DNA of 61,710 nucleotides from a candidate division TM6 bacterium UASB340 (GTDB lineage Bacteria; Babelota; Babeliae; Babelales; UASB340): NCBI GenBank assembly GCA_001468925.1, contig LDIX01000006.1, positions 1 to 61,710 of the forward strand, read 5' to 3'. Shown piece by piece: positions 55,804 to 61,710 of this stretch (position 1 is its first letter; each line of letters starts with the position of its first letter). The notes under the pieces were generated by a model. It saw only the letters and a program-made list of their open reading frames with translations, ran no database searches and was not told where the DNA came from. The position numbers and the translations under genes were made by a program.

Positions 55804-58461
55804 ATGAAGAAAATATTTTTTATTCTAATTTTATTTTTTAATAATCTATTTTCTCTAAATTTAGGTCAATTTTTTATATTAACTTTGCCAAATACAAGTT
55901 CTCAAAAAGATCTAGCATCTTGGCTATCTAAAACTAAACCTGCCGGAGTAATGCTCTTAGCACAACATGTGAAAAATCGAAAAGAAACAAAAAAACTTAC
56001 AGCTTTTTTACAAAGTGAAGCAAAAAAATTAAAAATTCCAAAATTAATAATAGCTATAGATTGGGAAGGTGGCATAGTATCACGACCAAATGAAATGGGA
56101 GGCTTTTTTTCTGTACCTGCGCCAAAAAATCTAGGAAAAATAAATAGAACATATTCTTTTTTATCAGGTAAATTAATCGGACAACAGATGCGTGATGCCG
56201 GTATAAATATGAATTTTGCGCCTAGCTTGGATTTATTTGATCCGAATAATTTTGTTTTAGGTTCAAGAATTTTTTCTAGTGATCCGGAAAAAGTTCTTGA
56301 TTTGGCTTCAGCTTTTGCGTCAGGATTAGAAACTGAAGGTATAATTCCTGTTTATAAGCATTTTCCTGGTTTAGGAGGCGGAGGACTTGATACTCATTTA
56401 CATCAAGTTGAAGTTAAATTAAATAAAAAAGAATTTAAAAAACAGGTGTTACCGTTTAGAAAAATTTTAGAAAATAAATTTGATCCATTTATAATGGTTA
56501 CTCATGCAAAATATCCAAGTATATTTGAAAATTTACCATCAACATTGTCTCCAAAGGTTGTTAATTGGATAAAAAGTAAAAATAAAAATGCTTTTCTGAT
56601 TACAGATGATTTTTTTATGACTGGTGTACAAATTAAATCTGATTTGTCAGATCTTGTTTTAGATTCGATATTTGCCGACTTTAACTTAATTATTTATTCG
56701 GCTAAAAATAATGAAGAAGCTGATTTAATTGAAAAACTTAATAATAAGTTAAATTATATTTCACAAGAAAAAAAAATAATTTTAGAAAAACAGATAAATA
56801 AGATTATAGAATTTAAGAATAAAAAAATAGTTGATTTAGAAAATAAAGTTATTTTAGCTGAAAAGAAATTATCAAAATATTTAGCATCAGTGGCTATAAA
56901 AGAATTTTATGAAAATTTAAAAATAAATAATTGTTTATTAATTACTGTAGATATTTCAAAACTTCGTCCGGGACAAGATTGGTTTATAAAAGATAAAAAA
57001 AGTTATCTGGCAAAATCACTTGAAAAATCAGTTACAAATTTTAAAGAGTTAATTTTTAATCCAAAAGATAAAAATTGTGTAAATTTAATTTTAGATTTTA
57101 TAAAAAACAATAAAAATTACAAAAATATTATATTGAGTAGTTTTTTTTATGGGCAAAGTGTTTGCAACGATAATCAGAAAATAATTCTAGAAAGTTTAAA
57201 TAGTTTTTGTACTCAAAAAAATAACATAAATTTGATAACTATATCTTTGGCACACCCATATGAACAAACCATATTAAAAAATTCAAAAATATTTAATTTG
57301 GGTAGTTTTTCAAAACCGATGTTAAAAGAGGTCGCAAGTAGATTAACGGATAATTACTTACCTGAACAAAGTTTAATTTTAGAACAGTTAAAAGAAAAAT
57401 TGAAAAATAAAAAATTTGGGTTACTTTGTCATAATTCAAGTTATCTTAATATTAAAAACAGTAAAAGTTTTTTGCCTGATTTGCTATTTGATTTTGCAAA
57501 AAAACAACAAGATAATACACGACTGTTTAAGTTATTTTCACCGGAACACGGTTTGTTTGGCAATATAGATGCTGCTAAAAATATTGATTCAGAAAAAACA
57601 AGTAAATGGGATTGTCCGATTTATTCTTTGCATGGTGAGCACAAAAAACCTACAAAAGAAATGCTTTCAGGCTTAGATATATTGGTTATAGACTTGCATG
57701 AAATTGGAATTCGAGCATTTACTTATCTAAGTACGCTAAAACTAGTTTTAGAATCTTGTGCTGAAAAAAATTTGCCTGTAATTGTTATGGATTATCCCAA
57801 CCCAATATATTTTTGGGAATCACAAGGTCCGGAATTAAATAAAGAGTATGAATCTTTTGTAGGAATGGTAAAAACGCCATTAATTCATGGTCAGACTATT
57901 GGTCAAATTGCAAAAGATTTAACAGCAAAGCAGGCTGGTGCCAACCTGGATCTAAATATCATAGATATCTATAATAAAAATAATTTTAAAAATTATTATA
58001 AAGCCGGTTATTATTTGCCAGCATCGCCAAATTTGGCAAGCCTGGAATCTGTTTATTGCTATCCAATTACTGTTTTTATTGAGGGGACAAATTATTCAGA
58101 AGGTCGTGGAACAAATTTTCCCTTTCAGCAAATTGGGGCTCCTTGGATTGATGGTCAAAAATTGGCATGTACTTTGAATTCAAAAAAGTTACCGGGAATA
58201 TATTTTGAATCTGTAAAATTTATTCCAGAATCGATTATTGGTAAATCTGTTGATCCAAAATATAAAAATATTCTTTGCAATGGTGTTTTTTTACATATTT
58301 ATGATTTAGAAATTGCTGAACCAATAAAAATAGCAAAAACTATTTTACAAACTTTATTTAGTCTTTATCCTGAACAATCTGAGTTTATAAAATTTGGTAA
58401 TATATATTTTATAGATCATTTGGTTGGTAATGATTCTTGGCGAAAAGATTTGGTAAAATAA
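55804..58461 (+). CDS. secreted fusion of GH3 beta-N-acetylglucosaminidase (NagZ-like, two-domain) and a DUF1343/NamZ-like exo-muramidase domain
   Basis: Signal-like MKKIFFILILFFNNLFS. GH3 motifs IDWEGG and KHFPGLGGGGLDTH. The C-terminal roughly 360 aa carry the DUF1343 landmarks FGLLCHNSS and LFSPEHGLFG. Confidence 0.75.
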   Translation: MKKIFFILILFFNNLFSLNLGQFFILTLPNTSSQKDLASWLSKTKPAGVMLLAQHVKNRKETKKLTAFLQSEAKKLKIPKLIIAIDWEGGIVSRPNEMGGFFSVPAPKNLGKINRTYSFLSGKLIGQQMRDAGINMNFAPSLDLFDPNNFVLGSRIFSSDPEKVLDLASAFASGLETEGIIPVYKHFPGLGGGGLDTHLHQVEVKLNKKEFKKQVLPFRKILENKFDPFIMVTHAKYPSIFENLPSTLSPKVVNWIKSKNKNAFLITDDFFMTGVQIKSDLSDLVLDSIFADFNLIIYSAKNNEEADLIEKLNNKLNYISQEKKIILEKQINKIIEFKNKKIVDLENKVILAEKKLSKYLASVAIKEFYENLKINNCLLITVDISKLRPGQDWFIKDKKSYLAKSLEKSVTNFKELIFNPKDKNCVNLILDFIKNNKNYKNIILSSFFYGQSVCNDNQKIILESLNSFCTQKNNINLITISLAHPYEQTILKNSKIFNLGSFSKPMLKEVASRLTDNYLPEQSLILEQLKEKLKNKKFGLLCHNSSYLNIKNSKSFLPDLLFDFAKKQQDNTRLFKLFSPEHGLFGNIDAAKNIDSEKTSKWDCPIYSLHGEHKKPTKEMLSGLDILVIDLHEIGIRAFTYLSTLKLVLESCAEKNLPVIVMDYPNPIYFWESQGPELNKEYESFVGMVKTPLIHGQTIGQIAKDLTAKQAGANLDLNIIDIYNKNNFKNYYKAGYYLPASPNLASLESVYCYPITVFIEGTNYSEGRGTNFPFQQIGAPWIDGQKLACTLNSKKLPGIYFESVKFIPESIIGKSVDPKYKNILCNGVFLHIYDLEIAEPIKIAKTILQTLFSLYPEQSEFIKFGNIYFIDHLVGNDSWRKDLVK

Positions 58462-58468
58462 ATTTATT

Positions 58469-59572
58469 ATGCATCTTAAATATTTAAAAAAAATAATATT
58501 CTTTATTTTTATATCACTAAATTTAGAATTAATTTCTATGGATCAATGTCCGAATTATTTTAAATTGTCGGATATAAATAGAAATTATACAGATAAAGAT
58601 CTGATTGGAGAGGGGGCTAATAAAAAAGTTTATAAAGTTTTTTCTTCTAATTCAATTCGTCCATTGGCTTTGGTTATTTACAAATCCGGAGAATACACAA
58701 ATAATTCTTTTCAAAAAGAACTATTTTTCTTAAAAAATCCGGAGTGCAAACATGCAAACATTATAACTTTATATGATTTTGATGAAAAAAAAAAAGAATT
58801 TTTAATGGAATGCGGTGTGGCTGGAAATTTTCGTTATTTTATAAGAAATTGTCGTAATCAAAGATTAAAAAAAAATAAAATTGAAAAAGCTACTACTTTA
58901 TCTAAAAAAATACATTATCTAATTACTATTTTATCGGTTATTGTTTTTTTACATGATAAAAATATTATTTTGAGAGATTTAAAACCTGATAATCTTATAT
59001 TTGTTAGGGGTGCATTAAAGCTTATAGATTTAGAGTCTTTAATAGAAATTCCGCGAGATAAAACATATGTAAAAGATGGTTTATTTTTAACGACCATTCC
59101 ATATGTGGATCCTGCAATTTATGGATCAAAATTATCTGATGAAAATGGAATATGTTATTATAGCTGTTATCTGGAAAATGATATTTATTCGATTGCAATG
59201 TTAATTTTTTATGTAATATATGAAAATGATTTTTTTTATAAATTTGTTGAAAAAAAAGTTTTAGAATCAAAAGATCCGGAGTTTTTAAGTGAAGAAAAAG
59301 ATTTGGTTAAATCCGTTAAAAATATTTTGGAAGATTTTAGTAAAATTAAAATAATAATGAAAAAATATTTGTTAGATAAAGACGAACGGTTGAATTTGAA
59401 TAAAATAGATTTTTTTTATAATGGATTGGAAGATACATCTGTCAAAGATAAGATAAATAATTTAATAGAAAAATGTTGGGGATTTATATTGGATAGACCT
59501 AGCGCAAAAGAAATTTTAGCAGAACTTATTGAAATAAAAAAAATAGTTGACGATAAAATAAATAAAAATTAA
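58469..59572 (+). CDS. signal-peptide-bearing eukaryote-like protein kinase (K4), with variant catalytic motifs
   Basis: IIFFIFISLNLELIS signal-like segment. G-loop GEGANKKVYKV, then ALVIYK. Catalytic loop IILRDLKPDNLIF (HRD changed to LRD). IDLES replaces DFG. NDIYSIAMLIFYV. CWGFILDRPSAKEILAEL. Confidence 0.72.
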   Translation: MHLKYLKKIIFFIFISLNLELISMDQCPNYFKLSDINRNYTDKDLIGEGANKKVYKVFSSNSIRPLALVIYKSGEYTNNSFQKELFFLKNPECKHANIITLYDFDEKKKEFLMECGVAGNFRYFIRNCRNQRLKKNKIEKATTLSKKIHYLITILSVIVFLHDKNIILRDLKPDNLIFVRGALKLIDLESLIEIPRDKTYVKDGLFLTTIPYVDPAIYGSKLSDENGICYYSCYLENDIYSIAMLIFYVIYENDFFYKFVEKKVLESKDPEFLSEEKDLVKSVKNILEDFSKIKIIMKKYLLDKDERLNLNKIDFFYNGLEDTSVKDKINNLIEKCWGFILDRPSAKEILAELIEIKKIVDDKINKN

Positions 59573-59580
59573 ATCTAAAA

Positions 59581-60399
59581 TTAAATTCTTGTTAGTTTTA
59601 TATTATTTTTAATTAATAAATCTTTCATATCAAAAAATAACTTCCAGCCGTATTTTGTAAGTTTTCCATCAAATCTTGGTAATTTAACTTCATGCAAATT
59701 AAAAAGTTTTGCAGTTGTTATGATTCCCTTAAAGGTTCTTATGCCAGGTTTTGTAACTGTAAGTTTTTTAATATTAAGTGTTCCAAAGCTTTTTATAATT
59801 TCTTGACGTAATTCAAATTCAACAAATTTTTCAACAGACTGTTTTTCAGCAAATAGTCCATTATCGTTAATTTTTATTTGATTGTTTTTATTTTTTTTAA
59901 TCAAAAGCTTGTTTGTAACAATAATCTGATTAGGTGAAAAATAGAATGTTTTAAACTTTAAAAATGCTGTGAATGATAATAAAAGAACTATGTACATAAA
60001 AAATTTTGATTTTTTTGAATATTTTTTATTACTTAAAATAAAAAAAGTTATTAATGGTATTAATAACAAAATAAAAATATTTATTTTGCCAAAACCCATT
60101 AACCAGTTCTTTTGTCCTATACTCATAATTTTTTTCCAAAAATTTGTCGAAATATCTAAAAAATATATCAAATAATTATTGGGAATATTTATTAATTCAG
60201 TGAAAAATACAAGAGAGCTTAGTGTTAAAAAAATAGATAAAAATGGTACGAAAATTAGATTGCCTATAAAGCTCATAATAGATATTGATAATCCCCAATG
60301 AATTAATATCGGCAAAGAGATAAGTGTAATAATAAGTTGTGTTTCAAAAAATATAATTAAATAGTTAAAAATTTTTTGAAAAATAGCTTTTAAGTTCAA
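59581..60399 (-). CDS. ComEC/Rec2-like membrane protein fragment (possible gene remnant)
   Basis: 272 aa with a TTG start. The N-terminal ETQLIITLISLPILIHWGLSISIMSFIGNLIFVPFLS resembles the middle of the ComEC competence domain. There is no N-terminal half and no metallo-beta-lactamase domain. Confidence 0.45.
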   Translation of the reverse strand: MNLKAIFQKIFNYLIIFFETQLIITLISLPILIHWGLSISIMSFIGNLIFVPFLSIFLTLSSLVFFTELINIPNNYLIYFLDISTNFWKKIMSIGQKNWLMGFGKINIFILLLIPLITFFILSNKKYSKKSKFFMYIVLLLSFTAFLKFKTFYFSPNQIIVTNKLLIKKNKNNQIKINDNGLFAEKQSVEKFVEFELRQEIIKSFGTLNIKKLTVTKPGIRTFKGIITTAKLFNLHEVKLPRFDGKLTKYGWKLFFDMKDLLIKNNIKLTRI

Positions 60400-60417
60400 T
60401 GTTATATATTCGTAAAT

Positions 60418-61575
60418 TTATTCAAGTTTTTTAATTACAATTTTTTCCAGATTACTAAGATTATTGGCATCTTTTTTTTGCTTTATTATATTGGGCAAAA
60501 TTTTATTTAAATAATCAAATGTATTATCTGTTGAAATATTGTAATTATTATTTTTTATATGCGCAAGAATATCTTTTTGTACCCAATTTGTAATGATATT
60601 TAAGTAACCTATTAATTGAAAAGTTTTGTGACCATTTGTTTTTAGTTTTTCATCCAAATACTTTTTAATAACAATATTTTTTATAAATTGCTGTATTATG
60701 TGCTCTTCAATTATTTCATTTGCTAAAACTTCGTATTTTTCAGTTTTTGCTGTATTTATATAATTGTCTTTAAAACTATTAAATTCTGTGCATGTTGGGT
60801 TTGGTAATCTTTTTTCGACATTTAACGCAGAAAGAATATATTTTTTTATTTTATTATTTTTATTTTCTTTAAAATATTTTGACAGATTATTACACATACC
60901 AAAATCCAAAAATGCCAGTTTATAGATTTCTGCATTTGTTTTTTCTCGTACCATGCAAATTTCCATATCCAAACCGTCCAATTGTAATTTATAGTGTAAT
61001 ATTGCCATAAATGTACCAAGGTCACTGAATAATTGCTCTAAATTAGTTTTATTATTGGTTATTTTTGAATACCTATTAATAATTTCATTTATTTGTTTAA
61101 CACCTAAACTGTGTCCGGTTATTATTTCATTTTCATATCTATCTACAGAATCAAGATTTTCTTCTCCAAATTTTAGTTGAGTTATTAAATTTTTATTAGT
61201 TTCTTCTTTGATTGGATATAATCTTGGAATTTCCATAGCACAAACGTCTGCACTATTTGATATTAATTTACTTGGATTTAAAACAAGAATTCTTTCAAAA
61301 AGAGTTTTGTCATATTTTTCTATTTGATTATAAATATTTTTTTGTATTTCAAATTCTTTTTTTATTTTATCGCATTGACTAATATTTTCACCACCTTTTA
61401 TGGCTATATTTTCACTACTACTGGATCCCCAAATTTCACCGGTTCCACCTTTTCCCAAAAGTTGATCAAATGAAATGGAATAATTTTCCTGTAATAGATC
61501 CTGAATTTTTTTTGCGTTTGAAATATTAAATATAAAAAATATAAAAATATAAAATTTTAAATTTATTATTTTCAT
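60418..61575 (-). CDS. signal-peptide-bearing atypical protein-kinase-like protein (K5)
   Basis: MKIINLKFYIFIFFIFNISNA/K. G-loop LGKGGTGEIWG, then NIAIK and KKEFEIQ. The DFG motif is intact (LAFLDFGMC). The catalytic loop is non-canonical (HYKLQLDGLDMEI) and there is no APE motif. AAGGAGAA RBS. Confidence 0.5.
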   Translation of the reverse strand: MKIINLKFYIFIFFIFNISNAKKIQDLLQENYSISFDQLLGKGGTGEIWGSSSSENIAIKGGENISQCDKIKKEFEIQKNIYNQIEKYDKTLFERILVLNPSKLISNSADVCAMEIPRLYPIKEETNKNLITQLKFGEENLDSVDRYENEIITGHSLGVKQINEIINRYSKITNNKTNLEQLFSDLGTFMAILHYKLQLDGLDMEICMVREKTNAEIYKLAFLDFGMCNNLSKYFKENKNNKIKKYILSALNVEKRLPNPTCTEFNSFKDNYINTAKTEKYEVLANEIIEEHIIQQFIKNIVIKKYLDEKLKTNGHKTFQLIGYLNIITNWVQKDILAHIKNNNYNISTDNTFDYLNKILPNIIKQKKDANNLSNLEKIVIKKLE

Positions 61576-61710
61576 ACTACTTTTTCTCCTTATTTCTTAT
61601 TTGCGTGGAAATTGTATATACAAATTTTTCCAAAAGATTTTAGAACTTCCCGACATGGGTTCTTTTTTAAGCGTTTTTTTTAAAAAATTAAAAATTTTTA
61701 AATTATAATT

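Noticed and set aside
3592-60175. About 35 short ORFs (60-112 aa) in the supplied track lie antisense to, or inside, larger genes. Examples are 3592-3774, 4418-4717, 7360-7641, 10934-11167, 12052-12243, 12335-12673, 17076-17315, 17617-17841, 19093-19293, 19449-19634, 19789-19980, 20402-20731, 21637-21825, 22154-22405, 22716-23015, 24293-24481, 27425-27733, 28002-28322, 30615-30999, 33785-33982, 36936-37175, 40947-41192, 41543-41767, 42345-42632, 42921-43127, 44467-44664, 47985-48182, 50972-51548, 53240-53527, 58915-59270 and 59969-60175.
   Set aside because: Each is fully shadowed by a longer ORF with clear family motifs or a better RBS and signal. Their translations are low-complexity, with no motifs and no RBS. 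These are typical shadow ORFs.
1-61710. A scan for rRNA, tRNA, CRISPR arrays, transposases, integrases, IS inverted repeats, prophage genes and toxin-antitoxin pairs.
   Set aside because: I saw no GC-rich tRNA-like or rRNA-like segments, no regularly spaced direct repeats and no recombinase-like ORFs. The islets therefore cannot be called mobile elements on current evidence.

Overview
Very AT-rich, densely coding 61.7-kb chromosomal segment with about 60 genes. I recognised no rRNA, tRNA, CRISPR array, transposase or integrase. The backbone is housekeeping: ppsA, an F0 atp cluster, ybeY, acyl-CoA ligase, comM, acpS, skp-lpxD, prs, pth, nrdGD, uvrB, pheT, lspA, pgpA, comF, clpB, kdsC, uppS and gpsA. 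lpxD, kdsC, skp and lspA indicate a diderm. An ATP/ADP translocase (tlc) plus the extreme composition point to a host-dependent energy parasite. A Dependentiae/TM6-like amoeba symbiont is my best guess, by inference only. Three things stand out. (1) atpE encodes four covalently fused c-subunit hairpins that all keep the ion-binding Glu, in an atpI-a-c cluster with no b or F1 genes nearby. (2) A T2SS platform and pseudopilin operon (gspFGHIJK) has Ala instead of Gly at the prepilin -1 position in all four cleavable pseudopilins, and it is followed by a long MCE-domain protein. (3) Small islets wedged between housekeeping blocks encode proteins with signal peptides. These include four eukaryote-like (TKL-flavoured) Ser/Thr kinases and one atypical kinase-like protein. 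They also include a catalytically intact EEP-family enzyme, a NagZ-NamZ fusion and several orphan proteins. One islet is bracketed by an exactly duplicated 33-nt terminator hairpin. My working hypothesis is a Sec/T2SS-exported, host-directed kinase and hydrolase arsenal. All functional calls rest on motifs read by eye, and no database search was possible.
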